Of a DNA stretch of 64,000 nt, positions 16,421 to 26,968 are shown piece by piece. The translations under genes and the position numbers were made by a program. Location of the stretch: positions 11,651 to 75,650 of the forward strand of contig JAJRTR010000135.1 of NCBI GenBank assembly GCA_024278215.1, in the 5' to 3' direction. How positions within the stretch are numbered: the stretch's first letter is position 1; every line of letters begins with the position of its first letter. Under the pieces are notes generated by a model. It was not told the origin of the DNA, did no database searches, and was given only the letters and a program-made list of their open reading frames with translations. This stretch comes from a bacterium. Its GTDB lineage: Bacteria; UBP15; UBA6099; JAJRTR01.

Positions 16421-18526
16421 ATGGACAAACTTTTCTATCCTGAATCTATCGCTGTAGCGGGTGTTTCGGACAAACCGTCGAACATGGCACGCATGATCAT
16501 GTTCAATCTCGAACAGTGGAAATACAGCGGTAAGATATACGGAATCAACCCGGCCGGCGGAGAAGTGTTCGGCCACAAGATATATCCGAAACTGACGGAT
16601 ATAAAAGGAAAGGTAGACGTGGTCGCGGTGCTCGCGCCCGCGAGAACCGTGCCCGACTTGCTCGATCAGGCCCACGAAAAGGGCGTCGAATATATGGTTA
16701 TCGAGACCGCCGGGTTCTCCGAGTTCAGCGAGGAAGGCGCGAAGCTGGGTGAACTCGTCAAACAGAAAGCGGCCGACTACGGCATAAAGTTTGTCGGCCC
16801 CAACGGACTCGGCACCATGTGCTCGCACAGCGGCGCGGTGCTGCCTTTCTCCTATATCCTGCCGCACGAGCCCGGCTGCGTGTCGATCATGTCGCAGAGC
16901 GGCGGCATCGGCATTTCCATCATCACCGGCCTGCACGAGCACAACCTGGCGACCAGCAAGTTCGTCTCTCTCGGCAATAAATATTCGCTCGACGAGGTCG
17001 ACTTCCTCGAATACTTTATAAATGATAAGGAAACAAAGATCATACTGTGCTATCTCGAAAGCATCAACCGCGGGCGCGAGTTCACGGAAGTCGCCGCTTC
17101 GTCGCAAAAACCTATACTGCTCTGCAAGGCCAGCACGACGGAGGTCGGCGCGCGACAGGCTATCTCGCACACCGCCGCGCTCGTCAATGACGACCACGTG
17201 CTCGACGCCGCAATGAAACAGGCGGGCATCACAAGGGTCGAACGCCTCGATCAGCTCTATCACTTCGCGCGCACCTTCTTGCAGCCGCCGATAAAGAGCA
17301 ACAGGATTTCGCTGGCCACGCCCGCCGGCGGCTTTGCCGTGCTCTCGGCGGACACCTGCGCCAGATACGGTTTCGAGTTTCCCGATCTCGCGCCGGCCAC
17401 CGTCAGAGCGCTCCAGGCGAAGCTCCGCGCGGGTGTCATCAATATCGGCAATCCCATCGATCTGGGCGACGCGCTCGGCACGGACACGCTGCTGCTCGCA
17501 ATGGATAAAACACTCGCGCAGGACGACATAGACGCCTGCATACATGTATCGTCACGGCGGCCCGCTAATCAGTATAAAGGCCCCTTCAAGATCATGATGC
17601 GCAACCCGATCCCCGAGATACCGGCCATAATAAAAAAACATAATAAGCCGGCTGTCGTCGCCTTCATCGGCGCACCGGAACTGGTCCGGGAATACCGTGC
17701 GGATTCCGAGATACCCGTCTACCATTCCGTGGACCTCGCCATAGAGGCGCTCGCAGCCTACCGCGATTTCTGCACACGCCCGAAACCCCAGGCTCCCAGC
17801 CGCCGCCGACCACGCATACCTGCCGCGGCACGCAAAAGGCTCGATGCTCTCGAACCTGGCATCGTCACGGGTGCCGCGGCTTTCCGCGTGCTGCGCGACG
17901 CGAAGATTCCCGTCTGCGAATTCCGGGAAGTCGCAACACCCGAACAGGCCGTCGACGCCGCCGTCCGCCTCGGCTATCCTGTCGCGATGAAAATAGATTC
18001 GCCTCACATCATCCACAAAACCGAGTTCAGGGCGCTCCACCTGAAACTGCGCTCCGACCGCGAAGTACTCTACGCCTACGGCGAACTCGAAAAAGTGCTG
18101 CAAGAGCACAATGTCGAAGGCAAGATACTTGTCCAGGAAATGGCGGGTCCCGGCATGGAAGTTATTATCGGCTCGAAACACGACCCGCAGTTCGGCCCCG
18201 TGCTCATGTTCGGGCTTGGCGGGGTCTTTGTCGAAGTGCTGCACGATGTCGTGTTCCATCTCGCGCCGATCAAGAGATACGAAGCGCTCAACATGATAGA
18301 TTCCATCCACTCCGCGCCGTTGCTCAAAGGCACACGCGGACTACCGCCCGCAGACATAAAAGCACTCGCCGATTCGCTCATCGCCGTAAGCCACCTCATC
18401 GCCGCGCGGCCAGTAATCGCCGAGCTGGACATCAACCCGATGATCGTCAAAGAGAAAGGGCAGGGTTGCGTCGCTGTCGACGCCCGCTTCGTCCTATCCG
18501 AAAAGCGGCCCCGAAAAAAGAAATGA
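16421..18526 (+). CDS. ADP-forming acetyl-CoA synthetase (acetate-CoA ligase, NDP-forming) fused alpha/beta
   Basis: N-terminal CoA-binding domain (PESIAVAGVS...KIYGINP), a succinyl-CoA-synthetase-like ligase domain, and a C-terminal ATP-grasp beta domain. 701 aa. Confidence 0.7.
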   Translation: MDKLFYPESIAVAGVSDKPSNMARMIMFNLEQWKYSGKIYGINPAGGEVFGHKIYPKLTDIKGKVDVVAVLAPARTVPDLLDQAHEKGVEYMVIETAGFSEFSEEGAKLGELVKQKAADYGIKFVGPNGLGTMCSHSGAVLPFSYILPHEPGCVSIMSQSGGIGISIITGLHEHNLATSKFVSLGNKYSLDEVDFLEYFINDKETKIILCYLESINRGREFTEVAASSQKPILLCKASTTEVGARQAISHTAALVNDDHVLDAAMKQAGITRVERLDQLYHFARTFLQPPIKSNRISLATPAGGFAVLSADTCARYGFEFPDLAPATVRALQAKLRAGVINIGNPIDLGDALGTDTLLLAMDKTLAQDDIDACIHVSSRRPANQYKGPFKIMMRNPIPEIPAIIKKHNKPAVVAFIGAPELVREYRADSEIPVYHSVDLAIEALAAYRDFCTRPKPQAPSRRRPRIPAAARKRLDALEPGIVTGAAAFRVLRDAKIPVCEFREVATPEQAVDAAVRLGYPVAMKIDSPHIIHKTEFRALHLKLRSDREVLYAYGELEKVLQEHNVEGKILVQEMAGPGMEVIIGSKHDPQFGPVLMFGLGGVFVEVLHDVVFHLAPIKRYEALNMIDSIHSAPLLKGTRGLPPADIKALADSLIAVSHLIAARPVIAELDINPMIVKEKGQGCVAVDARFVLSEKRPRKKK

Positions 18527-18582
18527 TCTTGCGCCACACGCAGAACTGATGTCATGGACGCGCTCGAGCCGGAGGAACACAG

Positions 18583-20067
18583 ATGGCGGGAATACTGATA
18601 AAAAACGGAACGGTGATAGACGGCACGGGCAGTCCCGGCAGGCAGGCCGACGTACTCGTTGAAGGTGAAAGAATAAAAGAGATCGGCGAAATATCCGAAG
18701 AAAATGATAAAAAAGCCGACCCGGAAATCCGTGTCGTCGACGCCGCCGGCAAAGTCGTCTGCCCCGGTTTCATCGACATACACGGCCACAGCGACTTCTC
18801 CGCGCCGGTGCGCGGAGAGATGGAAGAGAAGATCAGACAGGGCGTAACGACCGTCGTCACAGGCAGTTGCGGCTTCTCGGGCGCGCCCTCCAACCCGCGC
18901 TTCGTCAACTATTTCAATCGCTACACCGGCGGCATGTTCGGCAGGGAATGTCCGTTCGAGTGGCAGAGTATGCGCGAGTATCTCGAATATCTTGTGGACA
19001 AAGGCATCGCCGCCAACATCGTGCCGCAAGTGGGGTTCGGCAACCTGAGGGTGATGGCCAGGGGGCTCGCGCCCGGCGCGGCCAACAAATCGCAGATAGA
19101 CGAAATGAAAAATATGCTCGCGCAGGCGCTCGACGAAGGCGCGCGCGGGTTCACTACAGGTCTGGTGTACCCGCCGCAGAGCATGGCCGGCGCGGACGAA
19201 ATAATGGAATTGGTCAAAGTGCTGTCGGGGCGCGACGCGGTCTACGCCACGCACGTTCGCAACGAGATGGACGAACTGGAAAATGCCGTGCGGGAAGCCG
19301 TCGACACTGCCCGCGCGGCGGATGTTTCACTCCAGATATCGCACCATAAGGCGATCCTCCAGCGCAACTGGGGCAAAGTCCGCAACACAATCGCCATGAT
19401 CGAAAAGGCACGCGCGGAAGGGCTCGATGTCGAAACAGACGTCTATCCCTACACTGCTTTCTCGAACGTCATCATGCCGTTCTTCTTCAAATACGAACCC
19501 GGCATGGAAGACAACATCCTTTTTCTTCACATGAAGCACTACAAGGAATGCGAGGGCAAAACACTCGCCGAAGTCATGCGCATGAAACACATGGGCATCA
19601 AGCGCCTGATACTTACGATGGCGCTCAAAGAAGGCCTTACCGGGATGCCCATCGCAGGCTTCATGATCGGCGAAGAAGACCTGAATTTCCTGCTCGCGCA
19701 CCCCATCGTATCCATCGGCTCCGACGGCGTCGAATCATTCGGTGAAAAGGCTCATCCCCGGCTCTGGGGCACTTTCCCTCGAATGCTCGAAAAATATTGC
19801 CGACAGGACAAACTTGTCTCCATCGAGGAAGCAATCCGGAAAATGACGACTATGGCCGCACGGAAATATCACCTGAAAATGCGCGGCGAACTTAAAGAAC
19901 AATACTTCGCGGACATCGCAGTGTTCGACCCGGCGAATATAGCAGAAAACACCACATATCGCGACCCCCTGCAACTGCCCACAGGCTTCGAGGCGGTAAT
20001 TGTCAATGGAAAAATCGCAGTCTACAAAGACGTCCGCACCGGCGAGCGCGCGGGCCTCCCGCTCTGA
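18583..20067 (+). CDS. D-aminoacylase family amidohydrolase (second paralog)
   Basis: MAGILIKNGTVIDGTGSPGRQADVLVEGERIKEIG...CPGFIDIHGHSD. Same family as the 2799-4535 gene. Confidence 0.7.
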   Translation: MAGILIKNGTVIDGTGSPGRQADVLVEGERIKEIGEISEENDKKADPEIRVVDAAGKVVCPGFIDIHGHSDFSAPVRGEMEEKIRQGVTTVVTGSCGFSGAPSNPRFVNYFNRYTGGMFGRECPFEWQSMREYLEYLVDKGIAANIVPQVGFGNLRVMARGLAPGAANKSQIDEMKNMLAQALDEGARGFTTGLVYPPQSMAGADEIMELVKVLSGRDAVYATHVRNEMDELENAVREAVDTARAADVSLQISHHKAILQRNWGKVRNTIAMIEKARAEGLDVETDVYPYTAFSNVIMPFFFKYEPGMEDNILFLHMKHYKECEGKTLAEVMRMKHMGIKRLILTMALKEGLTGMPIAGFMIGEEDLNFLLAHPIVSIGSDGVESFGEKAHPRLWGTFPRMLEKYCRQDKLVSIEEAIRKMTTMAARKYHLKMRGELKEQYFADIAVFDPANIAENTTYRDPLQLPTGFEAVIVNGKIAVYKDVRTGERAGLPL

Positions 20068-20108
20068 CAGCCGATGCGCCGAAAGGAAATAAGCAATAGT
20101 GCATAATC

Positions 20109-21407
20109 TTATTCCAGCAGCTTTCGCCATGCGCCTGTTGCGTCGTATATCTTTTCCCTGTTGGCGGCGATTATCCGCGGGTCGGCTTCCCTGAAACAGG
20201 CGTGTGCAACCAGCAGGGCGGTCACGTCGGATTTCGCGACAGCTTCCTCGAAACTCTTTTCAACTTTAATATTTTTTCTGCCCACGAGCGCAGGCGGCAA
20301 TCTTTCGGCATAGGGCTCGACCACTATAACGCGCATCCCCTCTATGTCTGAAAGCAGTGCGGCGACTTCAACGGCCGGCGACTCGCGGAAGTCGTTTGTG
20401 TCCGGCTTGTACGCGAGCCCGAGCACGGCGACAACGGGATTCTTTTTGCCGCCGCACATTTTTTCTATCTCCCGCACTGTGTATGTCGGCATGCCATCGT
20501 TCACTTTCCGGGCGGTCTTTATCAGTCGCGCCTCACTCTTCGCCCCGTGATAGAGAAACCACGGATCGATCGGAATGCAGTGTCCGCCCACCCCGCAGCC
20601 GGGCGAAAGAATATTCACTCTCGGGTGCTGATTGGCAAGTGAAATCAGTTCGTCGATATTCACGCCCAGCTTCTTTGCGATCAGCGACAGTTCGTTCGCC
20701 AACGCAATGTTCACGTCGCGGAAAGTATTCTCGGAAAGCTTCGCCATCTCGGCGGTCCGGCAGTCGCTGATGAAAATGTCGCCTTTAACGATTGTGCGAT
20801 AGAAAGACCGCGCCCCCGCCGCCGAACGTTTGTCTATTCCACCCACGATGCGGCTGTTGTTCTCGAGTTCGAACATAATGTTGCCGGGCAGCACACGCTC
20901 CGGGCAATAGCACATATAGAGAAGTCCTTCTTCACAATCCCGCCACTCTTCGGCATCGGAATATTCGGGAACTTTCAGTTCGGGCCGCCTGCTCTTTATT
21001 CTCCGGGCCATCAGTTCAGTCGTTCCGACCGGGCAGGTGGATTCAATGATGATCATGTTGCCGGGCTCGATGACCGGAACTATCGTATCGACCGCTTTTT
21101 CCACGAAAGAAATATCCGCAGTCGTATCTTCATTGATAGGGGTCGGCACGGCGATAATAAAGACATCCGCCGGTGCCGGGGTCGTCGATGCCGTCAGGCG
21201 TCCGGACCCGACACCTTTTCTAACCATCTCATCGAGCTGTTTCTCGTGAATATGTATCCGCCCCCTGCTGAGCTTTTCCACGATATCTTCCAAAATATCC
21301 ACGCCGTGTACCCGGAAGCCTTTGTCGGCGAGAAGCGCGGCCGCGGGCAGGCCTATATACCCCAGCCCGACCACGCATATCCGGTTGTCAAGCATTTTTT
21401 CCTTCAT
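20109..21407 (-). CDS. nucleotide-sugar dehydrogenase (UDP-N-acetyl-D-mannosamine / UDP-glucose 6-dehydrogenase family; WecC/Cap5O-like)
   Basis: N-terminal Rossmann ICVVGLGYIGLP, a catalytic region with ...ESTCPVGTT..., and a central CRTAEMAKLSENTFRDVNIALANEL helix typical of the UDP-glucose/GDP-mannose dehydrogenase family. 432 aa. Confidence 0.75.
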   Translation of the reverse strand: MKEKMLDNRICVVGLGYIGLPAAALLADKGFRVHGVDILEDIVEKLSRGRIHIHEKQLDEMVRKGVGSGRLTASTTPAPADVFIIAVPTPINEDTTADISFVEKAVDTIVPVIEPGNMIIIESTCPVGTTELMARRIKSRRPELKVPEYSDAEEWRDCEEGLLYMCYCPERVLPGNIMFELENNSRIVGGIDKRSAAGARSFYRTIVKGDIFISDCRTAEMAKLSENTFRDVNIALANELSLIAKKLGVNIDELISLANQHPRVNILSPGCGVGGHCIPIDPWFLYHGAKSEARLIKTARKVNDGMPTYTVREIEKMCGGKKNPVVAVLGLAYKPDTNDFRESPAVEVAALLSDIEGMRVIVVEPYAERLPPALVGRKNIKVEKSFEEAVAKSDVTALLVAHACFREADPRIIAANREKIYDATGAWRKLLE

Positions 21408-21881
21408 ATAATGCCTCTCATCTTTTTATGAGAACAGATTCGCAATATTTAAGCAAATTATTCAATTTCACTCTGCCGGAGCATCATTTAGAAACAGGCA
21501 TAAATTATAATACAGCAAGAGCTAATTGCAAAATATTGTTTGTAAGGAGGCCCAATCTGATGTAGCAGCCCCAATTCTGCTCATGACCTTCAAGTGAAAG
21601 GTATTGGGGCAACCGTATTGGTGAAATATGTGGGATAAGCGTAAACCGTACGGCACAATGATATCACTTAGTGGTTGAACGAAAACCTGCACCTGCCGGA
21701 GCAGTTTTTCGCTCGACCACTTTTCAACATTTTATCACGAAGATCACGGTCTTTTTATTGCCATAGTTATTATTCATGCGATTTATTACAGCTTTCTTTG
21801 CATTTGAATTGCCGATCTTCGTTTGCGCTTTTCGTGAATTTTTCCTTTAATACAGGCCTTTTCAGGGTTTTTGTTCAGCCC

Positions 21882-24782
21882 CTACTTAACTTTGATAACG
21901 GTCGGTGTGATAACGATAACAACTTCGTATTCTTTCACAGTACGGCGTTTTTTTCTGAACAGGGAGCCGACGAGCGGCAGGTCGGAGATGATCGGGAAGG
22001 AGACGCGTGTGAGGCTGTCCTGGGTCTTGATCATGCCGCCGATGATGAAGGGAATCTCATTTTCCATCTTGATCTCGCTGACAATGTTGCGGACATTTTC
22101 GATGGGGTAGCCCTGGCTGGTAGTACCGGTAACTTCAGATATTTTCAGGTCCATATCGAGAAGGATGTACTCGTTTCTGAAGTGGGGAGTGGCTTTCAGG
22201 ACGAGGCCGTCGTTGGCATATCGGATTTCGATCTGGTCGAAAGCCACGACGGTATACGGTTGTCTTTCAGAGAAGTCGAATGTGACTGCTGTTGATTCTG
22301 AAACCATGACGGAAGGATTTGCGATGATTCTGGAGTTGATCTTCTCGACGAGTACGTCGAGCGAGGAGGCGAACCCTGCGACGCGTTGAGCGAGAGTATC
22401 GTACACGAAGAAGCCGTTGGATGCTTTGACGTCGTCTGCTTTTACATCGTGGGGCATACCGTCGAAATAGGATTCGGTGCCGTTGAAGATCGTGTCTCCT
22501 TCGATGAGGCCGCCAAGACTTACCCTGCCGTCCTGGTAGGCGTAGCCGAGTTTGTAATTTGACTGGTCGTTGCGCAGGAGTTCGACAAGCTGCACGTCGA
22601 GTTTGACCTGATCGTAGGGCTGATCGAAGCTCTTGACTATCTCGCGCATCATGTCCATTTCAGGTTTTCTTGCGATGGCATATACGGAGGAATCTACAGT
22701 GCTGGGGAAGAGTGCCCACTTGTCGCTCTGGAGGTATCCGTCGCTCTTGTCTCCATTGATTTCGCTGACGTCAGAGAGTTTAACACTCACGAAGAAGTCG
22801 CCTTCCGGACCTACGTCCAGTTTAGTGGACCCCTGGGACCGCATAAGTGTTGTCAGCAAAAGAACCGCGCGTGTCGGCGGATAGTATGTAAGTTTGAAAA
22901 CTTCGAATTCGAGGTTATCAAATATGTTTCTGTCCATAGCCTCGATCAATTTTTTAATTTTGGGCATGTACTGGCGCTGTGTGGAAATGACTATCGAGTT
23001 GGTTTGCTTATCGACGTTAATGTCTGTGACACCGTAGTCGTCATCCACATCGCCTTTCAACCCGAATCCGGGCAGGTTGGAGATTCTGTCGAGGATTTTA
23101 CTTTTTTCCATGTCGCTTACAGATATATTCTTGAGATTGTAAACTTCCGTGATATATTCGCGTTCTTTTACATCTAGACTGCGAACGATCTTAAGAACTC
23201 GTTCGTAGTCATCCTGTGTGCCGATATAAGTGATGGAATTTGTTGTGTCGTTGAAAGCCAGTTTGGGTTTGCCGGCGCCTCCCCGTGCTGTGCCGAGCAG
23301 GTCCGTCTTAAGTTCTTCCAGTTTTCGCAGGTCGGAAACCATTGCATACTTTAGCGGAATGACCTTGGCCACTGTGACACGGGAGGGGATGTCGAGTTCC
23401 TTGACGACGTTATAGAAGCGCTCGTAAATGTAGTCGTCGCCGACGAAGACCATGGAATTTGAATCGTAATCGATGGTAAGGGTGTTGATGCTCGAAGCTG
23501 TCTGAGTTCCAGAGGCTACGACCGTATCGGCAGTGATCTTTAGTCCGCCGAAGTATGAGTTTGTTACGAGTTCCCGCAATTCATCCAGAAATGCACTGTT
23601 CAGTTCGACGTATTTCAGCCTGACGATTCTAGTGACCTGGGTGGCGCGTTTGGTGACCTTCTGCTGGGGTACATCGAGAGTGGCGAGCAACTCGCGAGCG
23701 CGGTTCAGGTCCCTGTCGATGCCGCGCATGAAAATGAGGTTCTTGCTGTTGTCACATCCGAGGTCCGGAATAACTGTGCTGAGTTGAACGATGATATTGC
23801 AGGCATACGAGTATTCAGGCTGGATGACGACAAGTTTCATTTGTGAGCCTGAATCTTCATAGACTGTTCCTGCTTCGACGGTTTTGACACCTGTAAGAGC
23901 GGTGTCTTTGCTCATTATGGCGTAGTAATCGCCGTACTTGCGCCATGTCCAGTTGTTGGAAGCGGCGATTATGTCGAGAGCGTCTTCGAGCGTGATGTGG
24001 GAAAGAGTGACAGTGATGCCGCCGCCGACAGCGCCGGAGGCGTTCATGGTGGCGCCACTGCTGACCAGTGATGATTCGACGACGATGTTGGCGCCGCCTG
24101 CTGCTTCAGACAGCAGGCGCACTGTCTGGGAAATATCCGCATCCTGGAGTATAACCGGTCCGACAATGTATGGAGATGTGTCGTATTCTTTTACGCGGTA
24201 TGGTATTTCCGCCGAGTTGGGCGCGAGGCCCGTCTGGGTATAAGGAATCTGGGTTGTGCCCTGACGTTCGCCCGGCACGTGAATCACCGGCGGGATTTCA
24301 AAGGAAGTTGTGGTCTGGGCCTGGTCTGCGCCCTGGGGTTGTCCCTGGGCTGTGGATTGCGTGGTCGCGGGCACGGCCGCGGGCCGTGTAGTAAGTTGGA
24401 AAGTCCGGCCATTATCGATCAGGTCGAAGTCGTAGTCGAGTTTCTGTTGTGAATGTACGGAAACGAAAGTAGCGGTTTCGCCGTTGACCTGGAGTTCACG
24501 CACAGAGATGTTGCTGACGCCGGCCTTGCCGATTTTCAGGTCATTGTACGGCAGGCCGAGAGTGGTGTTGTAGAGTTGTATGAGCAGATGAGGTGGCGAA
24601 TCGAATTCTTTGACTCTGTAGCGGAATCTCTGGCTGCCTTTAAGCTCGATGACCAGTTGTCCGTCCTGCATCTCCCTGTAGTTAAGTCTCGCCAGCCTGC
24701 CGGTTTCAGCGGATAACCCGATGCTGCAAAGCAACGCCAGGACAGCGGCTATTATAACGCTTTTTTTCTTGTTAGTTGCCAT
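21882..24782 (-). CDS. pilQ: type IV pilus secretin PilQ (with N-terminal AMIN domain)
   Basis: Signal peptide, AMIN-like N-domain, and a C-terminal secretin domain (...IPFIIGGMIKTQDSLTRVSFPIISDLPLVGSLFRKKRRTVKEYEVVIVITPTVIK). 966 aa. Last gene of the pilMNOPQ order. Confidence 0.8.
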   Translation of the reverse strand: MATNKKKSVIIAAVLALLCSIGLSAETGRLARLNYREMQDGQLVIELKGSQRFRYRVKEFDSPPHLLIQLYNTTLGLPYNDLKIGKAGVSNISVRELQVNGETATFVSVHSQQKLDYDFDLIDNGRTFQLTTRPAAVPATTQSTAQGQPQGADQAQTTTSFEIPPVIHVPGERQGTTQIPYTQTGLAPNSAEIPYRVKEYDTSPYIVGPVILQDADISQTVRLLSEAAGGANIVVESSLVSSGATMNASGAVGGGITVTLSHITLEDALDIIAASNNWTWRKYGDYYAIMSKDTALTGVKTVEAGTVYEDSGSQMKLVVIQPEYSYACNIIVQLSTVIPDLGCDNSKNLIFMRGIDRDLNRARELLATLDVPQQKVTKRATQVTRIVRLKYVELNSAFLDELRELVTNSYFGGLKITADTVVASGTQTASSINTLTIDYDSNSMVFVGDDYIYERFYNVVKELDIPSRVTVAKVIPLKYAMVSDLRKLEELKTDLLGTARGGAGKPKLAFNDTTNSITYIGTQDDYERVLKIVRSLDVKEREYITEVYNLKNISVSDMEKSKILDRISNLPGFGLKGDVDDDYGVTDINVDKQTNSIVISTQRQYMPKIKKLIEAMDRNIFDNLEFEVFKLTYYPPTRAVLLLTTLMRSQGSTKLDVGPEGDFFVSVKLSDVSEINGDKSDGYLQSDKWALFPSTVDSSVYAIARKPEMDMMREIVKSFDQPYDQVKLDVQLVELLRNDQSNYKLGYAYQDGRVSLGGLIEGDTIFNGTESYFDGMPHDVKADDVKASNGFFVYDTLAQRVAGFASSLDVLVEKINSRIIANPSVMVSESTAVTFDFSERQPYTVVAFDQIEIRYANDGLVLKATPHFRNEYILLDMDLKISEVTGTTSQGYPIENVRNIVSEIKMENEIPFIIGGMIKTQDSLTRVSFPIISDLPLVGSLFRKKRRTVKEYEVVIVITPTVIKVK

Positions 24783-24804
24783 AGACCAACCTGTTCTCCG
24801 GATT

Positions 24805-25557
24805 TTAAAACATCCTTTTCGACGGACCTTCTTTCTTGCGGTTGCTGTTTCCCTCTACATAGTCGTTAAACGTCGGTGGCCTGGTGGTTTCACCCTCCTG
24901 GCCTGCATATTCTTCTCCGTACTTATCTTCCAGGTACTTTTTATAAAGGTCGTTTATGTTGTCCATTTCTTTTATCTTCAGTTGTGTTTCCTCTGGTTCA
25001 ATCCTGGCTATTCTCTTTCGGGTAAACATTGTGAGGCGAAGTTCCCGCTTATTTCTTTCGAGTGTCACGTCATATTCGGAAATAGCCTTTACGATGGAGC
25101 CGTTTTCAAGGACGTCGCCTTCGCGAACTATTTTGGTTTGCTCGCCGACCTCGATCATGGCGATCTGGCCGGAGGGCGTCATCGCGGTGCCGATTACTCT
25201 GAATTTTTCACCTGCCAGTCTTTTCAGAGTATCCCAGTCGCTTTCCATGATACTAACGGGAACAAAGGGATCTCTGCGACCGGTTTTTCTGTTGAAATTC
25301 GGGTAAATCATATCAAAACCGGCTTCTTTGATCAAGTCTGGTTTTTCTTCTTCGACATTTGTGGTTTTCGCGGCAGTCGCGGCGGCTTTTTTAGCCGCGG
25401 CAGCCGGTGGTTTGCGCCTGGTGGCAGCCGGCCCCTGCATCTGCGGACGAGCGGGCGGCGCGCCGGCTTTTTTCCCGCAGCCTCCAATAGTAATCGCCGC
25501 AACGCAGATTACTAATGAAAACAAAAAGGTGCAGATGTGTTTGGCTGTTTGATTCAC
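24805..25557 (-). CDS. pilP: type IV pilus assembly lipoprotein PilP
   Basis: Lipoprotein signal with lipobox Cys (IGGCGKK), an Ala/Pro-rich linker, an RRDPF motif, and position between pilO and pilQ. Confidence 0.65.
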   Translation of the reverse strand: MNQTAKHICTFLFSLVICVAAITIGGCGKKAGAPPARPQMQGPAATRRKPPAAAAKKAAATAAKTTNVEEEKPDLIKEAGFDMIYPNFNRKTGRRDPFVPVSIMESDWDTLKRLAGEKFRVIGTAMTPSGQIAMIEVGEQTKIVREGDVLENGSIVKAISEYDVTLERNKRELRLTMFTRKRIARIEPEETQLKIKEMDNINDLYKKYLEDKYGEEYAGQEGETTRPPTFNDYVEGNSNRKKEGPSKRMF

Positions 25558-26333
25558 GGTCGTCGGATCGGTTCCTTCTGTTGATTATTCAGGCTCAGTT
25601 TTTTCGATGTGTCCTGCTTCTGGATGTAAAAAGTCAGGGGCATATTGGCGCTTATTTTCACATAACCCCCAACCTCGATTTCCCGGCCTGTTTCAGCGCT
25701 TCCTCCGGTTTCTGATTCACTCTCGGATTTTTCTTTGCTTTGTTGCGGTGTCAACGACAGGTGATCCACCACCACGAGTTTCGGGAATGTGGACAGTTCA
25801 TTCATGAAATTGTATATGTTCTGGAAAGAGCCGTCGATTTTAAAATCGACATTTGATTGTGCGTATTCCTTGTTGCTGTCGAATTTTGTAGCCTGGTTCT
25901 TCTGGTTCCCGGCGGCGGGCACGGGTGCTGCTCTTCGCGCGCCCGCTGTTGCTTTGCTGTTGGCATTGGGTTTCGGCGCCCGTCGCGAGGAGGGTTTTAT
26001 GTAGTTTATATCGACATGTGTGGCAAGCGCAAGGTTTTCGATCAGCACGAGCACACGGGGTATGAAAACTTCCTGTGGGAAGAACTTCTCGAGCCGGGCA
26101 ATATCTGCTTTCAGCCGAACGATCTCTTCGCGGGTTTCGGTGAGGAGTCTTTTTGTCAGTTCTATTTCCCTTACGTCACGTTTTTTTTCTTCCACGATCT
26201 TTTCTTTTTCCTTGATGGCATCTTCCATAGGTACATATTTATAGAAATAGAAAAGAGGAATACATGCGAGTTCGAGCACAAGCAGAACTATGATGATCAG
26301 GTTTCTGTTTGCTGATAGCGAACCGACTTCCAT
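25554..26333 (-). CDS. pilO: type IV pilus assembly protein PilO
   Basis: Single N-terminal transmembrane segment followed by a coiled coil (EKEKIVEEKKRDVREIELTKRLLTETREEIVRLKADIARLE) and a periplasmic domain. Operon position after pilN, with a 4 bp overlap with pilP. Confidence 0.6.
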   Translation of the reverse strand: MEVGSLSANRNLIIIVLLVLELACIPLFYFYKYVPMEDAIKEKEKIVEEKKRDVREIELTKRLLTETREEIVRLKADIARLEKFFPQEVFIPRVLVLIENLALATHVDINYIKPSSRRAPKPNANSKATAGARRAAPVPAAGNQKNQATKFDSNKEYAQSNVDFKIDGSFQNIYNFMNELSTFPKLVVVDHLSLTPQQSKEKSESESETGGSAETGREIEVGGYVKISANMPLTFYIQKQDTSKKLSLNNQQKEPIRRP

Positions 26334-26344
26334 CTAAAAGAGCC

Positions 26345-26962
26345 TCACTGTCCCGGTTTTCTGCGCTGAGCGTTACCGGTGTTGTCGGATTTCTCCGCTT
26401 TGGGCGCCAGGCTCATCGAGCCTGAAATTTTAAACTTTTTTACAACCGCGTCGAAATCGGATTTGCCGCTCGAGTTGGATGCCGCGGCCTGGTCCAGAGT
26501 TACGGACCCGATATGGGATATTGAATTGAATTGCAGCATGAAAAAGCCTATGGACGCGAATGTGAAAGTTCTGCCCTCAATACTGTATGACCCGGAACGC
26601 CTGCCGTCGAATCTTGTAAGCCAGACGTCTTTTGGTATCCTGTCGCGCATCTGGTCGAAGAAATCGATCCATTGTTCCTGGTTCTTGGATATGCCGTTGA
26701 CAAAATCGCGTTTCCCCTGTAGATACTCCTTGTCGCCTGTCGCGGTCTTGTATTCGGTGATAATCTGCTCGAAATCTTTTAAAGCGAAGTTAAGTTTCTT
26801 GATGTCTGCGTCGAGCTCAAGGTTTTTCGTATCGTTTATGGCAATAACAGTCCCGATTCCGGCAGCGATAAGGATGCCGATAACAAACAGCGGCCACAGG
26901 GGCATCCTGAACCCTTCGCGGATTTCGAGTGATATTTTCGGTTGAAGATTTATTCTTATCAT
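26345..26962 (-). CDS. pilN: type IV pilus assembly protein PilN
   Basis: Starts MIRINLQPK... (the canonical PilN MIRINLLP start), with a single transmembrane segment. Confidence 0.75.
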   Translation of the reverse strand: MIRINLQPKISLEIREGFRMPLWPLFVIGILIAAGIGTVIAINDTKNLELDADIKKLNFALKDFEQIITEYKTATGDKEYLQGKRDFVNGISKNQEQWIDFFDQMRDRIPKDVWLTRFDGRRSGSYSIEGRTFTFASIGFFMLQFNSISHIGSVTLDQAAASNSSGKSDFDAVVKKFKISGSMSLAPKAEKSDNTGNAQRRKPGQ

Positions 26963-26968
26963 AAGCTT

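Noticed and set aside
16418-17545. 375 aa minus-strand ORF, plus the one at 18076-19254 (392 aa)
   Set aside because: Both lie antisense within the acetyl-CoA synthetase and D-aminoacylase genes. Compositionally biased (Arg/Ala/Gly) shadow ORFs.
21675-22295. 206 aa plus-strand ORF
   Set aside because: Begins in the intergenic repeat region and runs antisense into the pilQ 3' end. No RBS or motifs.
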